A DNA stretch of 64,000 nucleotides. Origin: Treponemataceae bacterium. Its GTDB lineage: Bacteria; Spirochaetota; Spirochaetia; Treponematales; Rectinemataceae. Shown here piece after piece: positions 9,537 to 20,652 of this stretch (positions are counted from its first letter, which is position 1; each line of letters starts with the position of its first letter). Below the pieces are notes generated by a model. That model had not been told where the DNA came from, searched no databases, and saw only the letters and a list, made by a program, of their open reading frames with translations. The stretch is taken from assembly GCA_963678065.2 (NCBI GenBank), contig CAXXVZ010000005.1:640001-704000 (forward strand), given 5' to 3'. The position numbers and the translations under genes are program-made.

Positions 9537-11258
9537 TCAATACGCGACGGCCTGTCCATCGCGGCGGGGATCGCCGCCGCCGTAGAGGATGCCCTTGTCG
9601 TAGTCGTACATACAGCCTTGGGTTACACCCTGCGAGGGATAGTAGTAGTCCTGGATCTGCACCTTGTGCCCCATCGCGATGAGGCCATTGATGGCCAGGA
9701 CGGGGATGCGTCCCTCGACGCCGTAGTCGGTGGTATTCGTTCTGTAAACGCGCGGAGAGCTTATCGCGTCCTGGATCAACATGCCGTGGTCGATCACACA
9801 GGATATTACCTGGGCGACGCCTGTGATGATGCGGGTTGCGCCCGCGGCGCCGACGGTCATGAAGGAGCGGCCCTGGGGGTCGAGAACGAGGGTCGGGCTC
9901 ATGGAGGAGAGGGGGCGCTTGCCGGGTTCGACGGAGTTGATCGAACCGGGCTTCGAAACGAAATCGTCCATGTGGTTGTTCATGATGATGCCGGTGCCGG
10001 GGATGATTACTCCGGAGCCGAAGTGGTAGTTGACGGACTTCGTGCAGGCCACCATGTTGCCATCCTTGTCCATCACGGAGAAGGAGGTCGTGTTGCCCGA
10101 CTCGTACTTCCAGGGATCGCCGGGGCCGACGGGCAGGGGAAGGATCTTGTCGAGCGAAATCTGGGAAGCGAGTTCCTTGGCGTAGGCCTTGGAGGTCAGA
10201 CCGGTGATGGGAACCTTCACGAAGCCTGTGTCGGCCATGTACTTGGAGCGATCCGCGTAGACGAACTTCATCGCCTCGCCCCAGAGGTGGAGGGACTTCG
10301 TCGTGTTCAGGCCGAGAGACTTCATGTCCCAGTTTTCGAGGATGTTGAGGAGCTCGATGATGTGGGTACCGCCGGAGGAGGCGGGGGGCGTGGAGAAGAT
10401 CGTGTAGCCGCGATAGGTTCCGACAGCGGGCGTGCGGGCTTCGGGCTTGTAGTTCTTGAGATCCTCCACGGTGATGATGCCGCCCTGGGCCTGGACTTCG
10501 GCGGCTATCTTCTTCGCTATGTCGCCCTCGTATATGGCTTTGGCTCCATCTTTGGCGATAGCTTTGAGTGTGGCCTGGAGATCCGGGTTCTGGATCGTGT
10601 CGCCCACCTCATAGGGAAGGCCGTCTTTCAGATAAATCTTGGCGGCCGCCGGGAACAGCATGATCTTGTCGAAATTATCCTTGATCATCCCGTTCAGATT
10701 GGTGGTGACCGGCACCTTCATCGTCCAGTCGATCGCGGGCTGGATTATCTGAGCGCGGGTAAGTTTGCCGGAACCGTAGTGCTCAAAGGCATAGAGAAGA
10801 CCGGCGACATCCCCGGGCACGCCCGACGCGAGGCCGCCGACCTGGCTGGCCGCGAAGGGGAAGGGCTTGCCGTCCGGGCCGACAGCGCCGAGCATCTTGC
10901 CTTTTGCGTCGAACTTGTACATGTCGGGTTTCGAAGCCGCGGGGGCTATCTCGCGGAAGTCGATGACAATGGCTTCCTTCATGTCGGCGAGCTTGATGGT
11001 CATGAAACCGCCGCCGCCAATACCGTTGGCGTTGGGCTCGAGAACTCCCTGCGCGAAACCGACAGCGACCGCGGCGTCGACGGCGTTTCCGCCCGCCTTC
11101 AGGATATCGATGCCCACCTGGGCAGAGTCGGGCTTGGCCGTGGCAACGACGCCGTTGGTGCCCTGAGCTCCGCGGCCGTAGAGATTGAACGGGACCTGTG
11201 CGGAAACAAGTCCGATCCCCGCTACGAACAATACCGCGAGGGCGAGAATTCGTTTCAT
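9537..11258 (-). CDS. ggt: Gamma-glutamyltransferase, exported (copy 1)
   Basis: GGNAVDAAVA, GIGGGGF, IDFRE, PPASSGG, autoprocessing site ESGN/TTSFS, PGKRPLSSMSP, DPRRDG; ATG 11258 behind GGAGG. Confidence 0.93.
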   Translation of the reverse strand: MKRILALAVLFVAGIGLVSAQVPFNLYGRGAQGTNGVVATAKPDSAQVGIDILKAGGNAVDAAVAVGFAQGVLEPNANGIGGGGFMTIKLADMKEAIVIDFREIAPAASKPDMYKFDAKGKMLGAVGPDGKPFPFAASQVGGLASGVPGDVAGLLYAFEHYGSGKLTRAQIIQPAIDWTMKVPVTTNLNGMIKDNFDKIMLFPAAAKIYLKDGLPYEVGDTIQNPDLQATLKAIAKDGAKAIYEGDIAKKIAAEVQAQGGIITVEDLKNYKPEARTPAVGTYRGYTIFSTPPASSGGTHIIELLNILENWDMKSLGLNTTKSLHLWGEAMKFVYADRSKYMADTGFVKVPITGLTSKAYAKELASQISLDKILPLPVGPGDPWKYESGNTTSFSVMDKDGNMVACTKSVNYHFGSGVIIPGTGIIMNNHMDDFVSKPGSINSVEPGKRPLSSMSPTLVLDPQGRSFMTVGAAGATRIITGVAQVISCVIDHGMLIQDAISSPRVYRTNTTDYGVEGRIPVLAINGLIAMGHKVQIQDYYYPSQGVTQGCMYDYDKGILYGGGDPRRDGQAVAY

Positions 11259-11289
11259 GAGTTCCTCCATTTCATACAAGATTTTGAAT

Positions 11290-11318
11290 ATTTTGAAACA
11301 ATATGCGAGATAAGTCAA
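11290..11318 (-). promoter_or_regulatory. Putative sigma70 promoter of ggt copy 1
   Basis: TTGACT-17 nt-CAAAAT on the minus strand; an equivalent TTGACT (13261-13266) lies upstream of copy 2. Confidence 0.45.
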
Positions 11319-11523
11319 GCTTAATGCATCAAATAATAAATATATTATAGTAATATTTTTATACAACCACATCGTTCGCATGGACGTATTCATGGCTGCC
11401 CGGGCGCCCACAGGGCGAGCCCTGAAGGCGCGTCCGCAGGGCGCTACGGTCAGTCAAGTCTGGAAGCGGGATCTGCCGCCCCGCGCGATCCGGCAAACCG
11501 GAACGCGCAGGACAGCGTGCAAG

Positions 11524-13209
11524 TCAGAACGCGGCGGCCTGGCCGTCGCGACGGGGATCGGCGCCGCCCATCAGCATTCCCTTTTCGTAATCGTAGAGAA
11601 TGGCGTGGACTCCGCCGAAGTAGGCATCGTAGTCGAGCTTGAGGGTGATCGTGTGGCCGAGCTTCTTGAGGGCTTCGTAGGAGTTGATGGAGTAGCGGCC
11701 TTCCATGTTGAGGGCGCCGGAGGCCATCTGGAAGAGACGGGGGGCCATGATCGCCTGCTGGATCGGCATGCCGTGATCGATGACGTTGGAGATGACCTGG
11801 GCGACCGTCGGGAAGATGCGGGTAGCTCCCGGGGATCCGATGGTCATGAAGGAACGACCCTGGGGATCGAGGACGAGGGCCGGACTCATGCTGGAGAGCG
11901 GGCGCTTGCCGGGCTCAACGGAGTTGACCGAGCCGGGAGTAGGAACGAAGTCATCCATCTCGTCGTTCATGATGATGCCGGTTCCCGGAACCACGACGCC
12001 GGAACCGAAGAAGTAGTTGATCGTCTTGGTGAGGGCGACCATGTTTCCGGCCTTGTCCATGACGGAGATGTGGGTGGTGGAGCCGGACTCGTACTTGGAG
12101 GGATCGCCGGCGGTGACGGAGGCCTTCGGTTTGTTCGGGTCGATCTTGGCGGCGAGGGTCTTGGCGTAGGCTTTGCTGGTGAGTCCCTCGATGGGAACCT
12201 TCACGAAGTCGGTGTCGCCCATGTACTTGGCGCGATCGGCGAAGGCGAGCTTGAAGGTCTCGGCCCAGAGGTGGGCTGTAGCGGGAGTGCCCTCGCCGGT
12301 CTTGGCGGGGTCGAAGTTCTCCATGATGTTGAGCATCTGGATGAGGTGGGTGCCGCCCGAGCTGGCGGGGGGAACGGACATGACGGTGTAGCCGCGGTAG
12401 GTCCCCACGACTGGTTTGCGGATCTTGATCTGATAGTTCGCGAGGTCGGCCATGGTCATGATGCCACCGCGTTTCCGGACTTCCGCGACGATCTTTTCGG
12501 CGATCGGGCCTTTATAGATGGCGTCGGCGCCCTGTTCCTGGATAGCGCGCAGCGTTCCCGCGTAGTCCGGCAACTTGATCACGTCGCCGATCTCGTAGGG
12601 CAGTCCGCCGTCGAGGTAGATCGTGGCGCCTTCCTCGAAATGAACGAGCTTGTCGAAGTTGTCCTTGATGATGCCAGCGAGATTGACGGTGACGGGGATG
12701 CCCTTCTCCGCCCAGTCGATGGCAGGCTGGATGATCTGGGCGCGGGTAAGCTTGCCGGAGCCGAAGTGGTCGAGAGCGTAGAGGAGGCCCATCGAGTCGC
12801 CGGGAACGCCGACGGCGAGTCCGCCTTCATAGGTCGATTTGGGGATAACCTTGCCGTCGGCGCCGAGGTACATGGTGGGCGTGGAGGCGCCGGGAGCCAT
12901 CTCGCGGAAGTCGATGACGACGGCTTCCTTCATGTCGGCCATCTTGATGATCATGAATCCGCCGCCGCCGACGCCGTTGGCGTTGGGCTCGAGGACTCCC
13001 TGCGCGAATCCGACCGCGACGGCCGCGTCCACCGCATTGCCGCCCGCCTTGAGTATGTCGATGCCGATCTGGGATGTTTCGGGCTTGGCCGCGGCCACGA
13101 CGCCGTTTGCGCCCTGGGCGGATCGGCCGTAAAGATTGAGCGGAACCTGGGCGGTCGCAAGACCGATCGCGGCCACAAACAATACCGCAATGGCAAGAAT
13201 TCGTTTCAT
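11524..13209 (-). CDS. ggt: Gamma-glutamyltransferase, exported (copy 2)
   Basis: Same motif set with canonical ESGS/TTHIS, MNDEMDDF, GSPG; ATG 13209 behind GGAGG. Confidence 0.95.
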   Translation of the reverse strand: MKRILAIAVLFVAAIGLATAQVPLNLYGRSAQGANGVVAAAKPETSQIGIDILKAGGNAVDAAVAVGFAQGVLEPNANGVGGGGFMIIKMADMKEAVVIDFREMAPGASTPTMYLGADGKVIPKSTYEGGLAVGVPGDSMGLLYALDHFGSGKLTRAQIIQPAIDWAEKGIPVTVNLAGIIKDNFDKLVHFEEGATIYLDGGLPYEIGDVIKLPDYAGTLRAIQEQGADAIYKGPIAEKIVAEVRKRGGIMTMADLANYQIKIRKPVVGTYRGYTVMSVPPASSGGTHLIQMLNIMENFDPAKTGEGTPATAHLWAETFKLAFADRAKYMGDTDFVKVPIEGLTSKAYAKTLAAKIDPNKPKASVTAGDPSKYESGSTTHISVMDKAGNMVALTKTINYFFGSGVVVPGTGIIMNDEMDDFVPTPGSVNSVEPGKRPLSSMSPALVLDPQGRSFMTIGSPGATRIFPTVAQVISNVIDHGMPIQQAIMAPRLFQMASGALNMEGRYSINSYEALKKLGHTITLKLDYDAYFGGVHAILYDYEKGMLMGGADPRRDGQAAAF

Positions 13210-13372
13210 GAGCTCCTCCATATAACAAGATTTCCACAGGATGAAACACTCCCCATGAAAAGTCAAGTTTACTATTTATAGTGCAAAGACATGTATAGCC
13301 GCAAAACAAACAGTGGCATACAGGCCTTTTCGGCAGGCTTGCGGGAGAACAGCGGCAGAACGCGGCAATGAC

Positions 13373-15034
<1,662 letters not shown>

Positions 15035-15151
15035 TCAGAAAACCGGGGCGCTGTCCAGGTTCACCTGCGGCATTCAGCCCAACTTTTGCCATTATATAAA
15101 ATTCTGATACTTCTCGCTTGACAGATCGGAGAAGTGGATCATTGATGGTAT

Positions 15152-15171
15152 CATATGGTACCTACCATATG
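15152..15171. promoter_or_regulatory. GntR-type operator palindrome
   Basis: Perfect CATATGGTA-cc-TACCATATG 14 nt before the regulator start; a related GTGGCCAAGACCAC at 15007-15020 lies before abfA. Confidence 0.7.
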
Positions 15172-15185
15172 AAGGAACAATCGAC

Positions 15186-16307
15186 ATGGGAACACTGGAC
15201 ACCATCAAACGGAACATACTGGATTCGATGCAGTCCCAGGTTGAGAATTTCATCCTCGGAAAGATCGAATCGGGGGAATGGCCGGCTGGTTCGAAAATTC
15301 CCTCGGAGCGCGAGCTGTCGACGAGGCTCGACCTGAGCCGCACGACGGTCAGGAACGCCGTCCAGGCCCTCACGAACAGGGGACTCTTCGACAGAAAGAT
15401 CGGCCAGGGCACCTTCGTCATGCGCCAGCCCGACAAATCCGAGGGGCCGAAGGCCTCGAAGGGCATGCTCGGCTATGTGATCTGCAAGGAAAGGTCGGCG
15501 CGCAAGCCTATCTCGTCTGAAGCCTTCTATTTCGACATATTCGCGGGCATCGAGGAAGAGACGGTCCGTTCAGGCCGGCACATGCTCTTCACCTACCTCG
15601 ATGACTCCAACGCCGAAGAAATCGCCGCGTTCCGCGGATTCATGGACAAAGTCGACGGAATCGTCGTGGAGGAGGCGAGGAACACCGGCCTCCTCGACAT
15701 GATCGTCTCAGACGGCACTCCGGCCGTGCTTCTCGCGCCCACGGCCACGCACGACCGCCTCGACTCGGTGACCATGGACCTCGCCTCGGGTGTCCGCAAG
15801 GCGGTCCGCAGTCTCGTCGCCCTGGGCCACAGGAAAATCGGCATCGTGAACGGACCCCTCCACCTTGAATCGGCTCGGATCAGATTCTCCGCCTGGAAGG
15901 AAACGATGGCCGAATCGGGCCTGGCGCCTGAGGCCGGCTGGTCGGAGGGCGGAGAAGGATGGTCGGCCGAGGCCGGATACGCGGCGACGGAGAAGCTGAT
16001 CGCGCAGAGCCCCGAACTCACCGCGATATTCTGCGCGAACGACCTGCTCGCCGTGGGGGCCCTCTCGGCGCTGGCACGGAATGGCCTGCGCGTGCCGGAA
16101 GACATCAGCGTCATCGGCTTCGACGATACCGAACTCGCGCGCCACACGTCGCCACCTCTCACCACCATGAAAATTTACTCCCGCGACATGGCCCGCTCGG
16201 CGGTCCGACGCCTCGTCGAGCGCATTGAAAACGAAAACCTGCCGCCGGTCAGACTGGAGTTTCCCATCGACCTGGTGACGAGAAATTCATGCAAGGAGGT
16301 GAACTAG
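15186..16307 (+). CDS. AraR-like repressor (GntR wHTH plus LacI-type sugar sensor)
   Basis: KIPSERELS..LSRTTVRNAV..GQGTFV, then AIFCANDLLAVG and PEDISVIGFDD..PPLTT; divergent from abfA. Confidence 0.9.
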   Translation: MGTLDTIKRNILDSMQSQVENFILGKIESGEWPAGSKIPSERELSTRLDLSRTTVRNAVQALTNRGLFDRKIGQGTFVMRQPDKSEGPKASKGMLGYVICKERSARKPISSEAFYFDIFAGIEEETVRSGRHMLFTYLDDSNAEEIAAFRGFMDKVDGIVVEEARNTGLLDMIVSDGTPAVLLAPTATHDRLDSVTMDLASGVRKAVRSLVALGHRKIGIVNGPLHLESARIRFSAWKETMAESGLAPEAGWSEGGEGWSAEAGYAATEKLIAQSPELTAIFCANDLLAVGALSALARNGLRVPEDISVIGFDDTELARHTSPPLTTMKIYSRDMARSAVRRLVERIENENLPPVRLEFPIDLVTRNSCKEVN

Positions 16308-16470
16308 GATTTTTTCGGCAGAAAAGGCCAACAGCCGCAGTCCCGGAGGGTAAGTGTGACGGCAATCCCCCGATACCGCAAGCCGCCGGGTGCGCCGATT
16401 ATTGCCAGAGAGGCGGTCGCGCGTACAGATATTCAGCGATCCTTCCCGATAAGGGTTGGCATAGCCGGTG

Positions 16471-17303
16471 CCGCGGCCGCGGAGAAAGTCGAAGTCACCT
16501 ACATGTGCTGGTACAACAACACCGAGTCCGAGGCGCAGACCAACCAAGCCCTCATCGACAAGTTCAACGCCTCGCAGGACAGGATCCACGTGACCATGAT
16601 GGCGATTCCGCGCGAAGGCTACGAGATGAAGGTCAACACGATGGCCGCTGCCGGCCAGCTTCCGGACTCGACACAGCTCTCCGAAGCAATGACGATAGAG
16701 TTCGCCGCCAACGACCTCCTCGCCGACGTGAGCACGATGTACCCGCCCACCGCGGCGCCCCTCAAGTCCCTGACTTTCACCTATAAAGGGAAGCCGGTCG
16801 GCTACAGCTCGGGCAACGAGGTCCTCCTCCTCTACTACAACAAGAAACTCTTCGACGCCGCGAAGCTCCCCTATCCTCCCGCCTCGGCCGACAAAGCATG
16901 GACCTGGAAGGAATTCGTCGAGGTCGCGAGGAAGCTCACGAAGGACAAGAACGGCAAGACCCCGAACGACAAGGGCTTTGACGCGAAGAACATCGTCACC
17001 TACGGCGTCGATTTCAACCGGCTCTGGTGGATGTGGCCCATCGTCACCTACTCCAACGGCGGCGGCTACATGAGCCCCGACGGCAAGGAACTCTGGATCA
17101 ACAAGCCCGAATCCACCGAGGCCATGCAGATGCTCGCCGACTCCCTGAAAGACAGCCTCGAGTACGGAATCGGTGTCCTCCCCAAGATGAAGAAGGCCGT
17201 GACCTACAACATCGGAGCGCCCTTCGGAATCTTCAAGAGCACCAAGCACCTCGCGGAGGCGATGGAGTGGATCAAGTGGTGGGCCGACGAGAAGAACCAG
17301 TGG
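16471..17303 (+). pseudogene. Sugar ABC solute-binding protein remnant
   Basis: SBP family-1 motifs (IDKFNASQ, AAGQLPD, LYYNKKLFD, WTWKEF) but no signal peptide or lipobox, an apparent internal gap near MLAD/SLKD, and a truncated C-terminus. Confidence 0.75.
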
Positions 17304-17878
17304 AGCCGGAGCGCGAGTGCGGGTTCCCTCTGAAGCTCAGGATTCCGGACTGGTGCGGGAAACAAAGCTGCGCGGTGAACGGCGAGGCTCCGGAAATCGT
17401 CCGTCTTGCCGCAGGCTATCTGGAAATCGCGAGAATATGGAGACCGGGCGACGTGGTCGAGCTGGACATGGAGATGCCTGTCCGCATCATGTTCCCGGAC
17501 CCGAGAATCCAGGAACTCGCGGGAAAGGCGGCGATCCAGCGCGGCCCCCTGGTCTACTGCGTCGAATCCGTCGACAACGGCGTGGGGCTTCACCGTCTCA
17601 TCCTCGACCCCGAAGTCCCGGCTAAGGCCGAGTTCGAGCCCGAACTCATGGGCGGCAGCGTGCGCATCACCCTGTCCGGCTTCAGAGACGAATCAGAGCT
17701 CCTGTTGCCAAGATCGGAGGGCGAGGGACGCGTGCCATACGGTTCGGGCTGGGGCGCGGCGCGCGGCCTCGTCCGTGCGAGCATCGTCACCGTGCCCTAC
17801 CACCAGTGGGGCAACCGCGAGCCGGGCGGCGAAATGCGTGTCTGGCTGAACTGCGCCCGGGCCATTCCGCGCGGGTGA
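17300..17878 (+). pseudogene. C-terminal fragment of GH127 beta-L-arabinofuranosidase
   Basis: In a different frame from the SBP: FPLKLRIPDWC..VNGE..GYLEIARIWRPGDVVEL..MPVR, AIQRGPLVYCVE..DN, VPYHQWGNREPGGEMRVWL; catalytic N-terminal domain absent. Confidence 0.85.
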
Positions 17879-17912
17879 GTCGTGCCCTGTGCCGACTCAT
17901 CCCGCACCGGGA

Positions 17913-20000
17913 TTACCCGCGCCGGCTCATCACGCGCGTCGAGTTCAGCACGGCGAGCAGAGCGACTCCCGTGTCGCCGAAAACAGCCTCCCACATCGAG
18001 GCCAGGCCCAGGAAACCGAGCACGATGAAGGCAGCCTTGACCGACAGGGCGAAGACGATGTTCTGGACCAGTATTTTCCGGGTCTTGCGCGCGATGCCGA
18101 TGGCCTCGGCCACTTTGGAGAGGGAGTCGTTCATGATGACGACGTCCGAGGTCTCGATGGCGGCCTGCGAACCGGCGCCGCCCATGGAGATTCCGATATC
18201 AGCCCGGGCGAGGACGGGAGCGTCGTTGATGCCGTCGCCCACGAAGGCGGTCTTGCGGCCGGCCTCCTCTTCCTCCGCTATCGTCTCAAAGAGGGAGACC
18301 TTGTCGTCGGGTAGAAGCCCTGAGTGGTATTCCGCGATCCCGACCCGGGCGGCGATATCGGCGGCCGAGCTTTCGTTGTCGCCCGTGAGCATGACTATGC
18401 GTCCGACGCCGGCGGCCTTCATCCCCGCGATCGCATCGGCGGAATCTTCCTTTATCATGTCCATGATCACGAGATAGCCTGAGTACAGTCCGTCCACGGC
18501 GACGTGGACGACGCTTCCGGGAATGTCGCAGCGATCGTGCGCGATGCCGTATTCGTGCAGCATGCGGTCGTTCCCGGCCAGCACGATTTTTTCGCCCACG
18601 CGGGCCCGCACGCCGAGACCGCCGAGCTCCTCGTACTCCGCGGCCTCGGGCAAAAGGCGGCAATCCTCGTCGGAATAGCAGCTCTGCCGTATGGAGAGGG
18701 CGATGGGATGGTTCGAGTGGGCCTCGGCCTGCGCCGCCATCTCGAGGAGATCTTCCTTGGAGAAACCGTTGGAAGTCACTATCTCGGCGACGCGGAATTT
18801 ACCCGAGGTTATTGTCCCTGTCTTGTCCATGACGACCGTGCCCACGCGGCCGAGAGCGTCGAGATAGTCCGAGCCTTTGATCAGGATGCCGCGGTGCGAG
18901 GCCGCGCCGATTCCTCCGAAATACGCGAGCGGAATGCTCACGACCAGAGCGCAGGGGCAGGAGATGACGAGCATGATGAGGGCACGGTAGACCCAGTCGG
19001 CGAGGCTCTGTCCCGGGATGAGAAGCGGGGGCAGGATGGCGGTCGCGAGGGCGATGCCGACCACGGCGGGGGTGTAGTACCGGGCGAAGGTCGAGAAGAA
19101 GCGCTCGGTCCTGGCCTTGCGGTTGGTCGCGTTCTCGACGAGGTCGAGGATTCTGGCCACCGAAGACTCGCCGTAGCTGCGGGTGGTCCTGATGACAAGG
19201 AGCCCCGAGATGCTGATCATGCCCGCCAGCACGGCATCGCCGCCTGTCTCGGCGCATCCTGAGCATTCGGAGCGGTCCGTGTCGCCCTGGGCGCCGGAAG
19301 GGATGGCGGGGAGATCGGCAATCATGGATGTCCCCGCGGTTCCGTCGTCTACAGCGCGCGGCATCGATTCGCCGGTCAGCGCCGATGTGTCGACGAGAGA
19401 ATTCCCCGCGACGATCACTCCGTCCAGCGGGATTTTTTCGCCGGGCCGCACGACGATCGTCGAGCCGACGGCGACTTCCTCGGGCGCAACCCTGATGAGG
19501 CCCGAGCCCGTGTCGAGCGTCGCGAATTCTGGTCTGATGTCGAGCAGCGCCTTGACTCTCGCCCGCGAACTGTTCACCGCTCTGTCCTGGAAATACTCGC
19601 CTATCCTGAAAAAGATCATGACCCCGGCGGCTTCCGGCAGGGCATGGACGGCGATAGCCCCGACCGTCGCGATGGCCATCAGGAAATTCTCGTCGAAAAC
19701 CCTGCCCCGGACGATATTGCGGAGCGCGGAAGCCAGCACGTTCCGTCCCGCGAAGAACCAGAGCGAGAGGAAGAGCGCGTATTCGGCGAGATGCCAGGGA
19801 GTCCTTTCGAGCGCGGGCTGGAAAATGATCCCAAGGAGCAGGAGGACGAAGCCCGCGCCCATGACGAGGACTTCGCGGCTGAAAATTCCGGGCCCGGCAG
19901 AGGCTCCGGCCGATTCCGCATGAGCGGTCGGTTCAGCATGCGTGGCCTTGTCCGCGCAGGAATCGCAGCAGTGATCGACGGGGTCGTATTTGCGAGTCAT
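17913..20000 (-). CDS. cadA: Cd/Zn/Pb-translocating P1B-type ATPase (CadA/ZntA-like)
   Basis: FDENFLM, TGES, ISCPCAL, DKTGT, SNHPIA, GDGINDAP; N-terminal HCCDSC/His stretch; ATGA-coupled to the ArsR gene. Confidence 0.92.
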   Translation of the reverse strand: MTRKYDPVDHCCDSCADKATHAEPTAHAESAGASAGPGIFSREVLVMGAGFVLLLLGIIFQPALERTPWHLAEYALFLSLWFFAGRNVLASALRNIVRGRVFDENFLMAIATVGAIAVHALPEAAGVMIFFRIGEYFQDRAVNSSRARVKALLDIRPEFATLDTGSGLIRVAPEEVAVGSTIVVRPGEKIPLDGVIVAGNSLVDTSALTGESMPRAVDDGTAGTSMIADLPAIPSGAQGDTDRSECSGCAETGGDAVLAGMISISGLLVIRTTRSYGESSVARILDLVENATNRKARTERFFSTFARYYTPAVVGIALATAILPPLLIPGQSLADWVYRALIMLVISCPCALVVSIPLAYFGGIGAASHRGILIKGSDYLDALGRVGTVVMDKTGTITSGKFRVAEIVTSNGFSKEDLLEMAAQAEAHSNHPIALSIRQSCYSDEDCRLLPEAAEYEELGGLGVRARVGEKIVLAGNDRMLHEYGIAHDRCDIPGSVVHVAVDGLYSGYLVIMDMIKEDSADAIAGMKAAGVGRIVMLTGDNESSAADIAARVGIAEYHSGLLPDDKVSLFETIAEEEEAGRKTAFVGDGINDAPVLARADIGISMGGAGSQAAIETSDVVIMNDSLSKVAEAIGIARKTRKILVQNIVFALSVKAAFIVLGFLGLASMWEAVFGDTGVALLAVLNSTRVMSRRG

Positions 20001-20383
20001 TTGCCGGCCTCCATCTCCCTGAGATGACCGAGGCCCGATTCGTAGATGGCTGCGACGTGATCGTCGTCGAGACGGTAATAGACCACCTTGCCCTCTTTTC
20101 GGTAACGGACCATCCGGGCCTGTTTGAGTATCCGGAGCTGATGGGAAACCGCGGACTGGCTCATGTCGAGGACCGCGCAGATATCGCAGACGCACATCTC
20201 ATCTCCGGCCAGCGTGTTGATGATCCGGATGCGCGTCGGATCCCCGAGAACCTTGAAGAAATCGGCGACATCCCGCAGGAGTCTTTCGTCCGGAAGCCGC
20301 GCGCGGGCCGCTTCCACCTTTTGGGGATGGATGACGAGAACCTGGCAGTCGCCCGAACAGAGCTCGATATCGTTTGTGCCCAT
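19997..20383 (-). CDS. ArsR/SmtB-family metal-sensing repressor
   Basis: FKVLGDPTRIRI, EMCVCDI, SQSAVSHQLR, alpha5 site DDHVAAIYESGLGHLRE (DxHx10Hx2E); N-terminal Cys residues. Confidence 0.93.
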   Translation of the reverse strand: MGTNDIELCSGDCQVLVIHPQKVEAARARLPDERLLRDVADFFKVLGDPTRIRIINTLAGDEMCVCDICAVLDMSQSAVSHQLRILKQARMVRYRKEGKVVYYRLDDDHVAAIYESGLGHLREMEAGK

Positions 20384-20407
20384 AGAACATCCTTCAATCA
20401 AAGTATC

Positions 20408-20427
20408 ATATGAACATGTATTCATAT
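20408..20427. promoter_or_regulatory. SmtB/CzrA-type operator
   Basis: ATATGAACA-tg-TATTCATAT (8 of 9 symmetric, TGAA-N6-TTCA core) just upstream of the repressor start. Confidence 0.85.
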
Positions 20428-20472
20428 ATACCATAATCCGGCCTTGATCAAGTGCCACCTGGCCCACCGCCG

Positions 20473-20515
20473 CGAAAATCTTAACGCCTTTTTAATACCC
20501 TGCCCGAAAATCTTA
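20473..20515 (+). repeat. 11-bp direct repeat upstream of the trk operon (candidate response-regulator site)
   Basis: CGAAAATCTTA at 20473-20483 and 20505-20515 (32-bp spacing). Confidence 0.5.
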
Positions 20516-20535
20516 GCGGCTTCCGAATTGGCCAC

Positions 20536-20596
20536 GGTGGCCTCTCCGTGGGATCTTCTGTCTGTAGTCCGAATGCTGCCTGACAGGGGCGAACAG
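20536..20596 (+). ncRNA. Probable Na+-I (DUF1646-motif) riboswitch aptamer
   Basis: P1 GGTGGC/GCTGCC, P2 GGAT/GTCC, loop TCTGTC able to pseudoknot with downstream GACAGG, 3' tail AACAG; in the 5' UTR of a cation-transport operon. Family match is from memory. Confidence 0.65.
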
Positions 20597-20652
20597 CTCT
20601 GTCGGCGAAGCTCTCCGCCGCGTATCCGACGGAAATGGAAACAGGAGTCAAA

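Noticed and set aside
17281..17333. Programmed frameshift creating an SBP-GH127 fusion
   Set aside because: Both halves lack essential parts; a deletion junction is simpler.
20430..20650. c-di-AMP (ydaO) riboswitch before the K+ transport operon
   Set aside because: Hallmark GCTGAA…GGGGGA…GGGGTGAA…CCCGAA…CAGCTAAC segments are absent.
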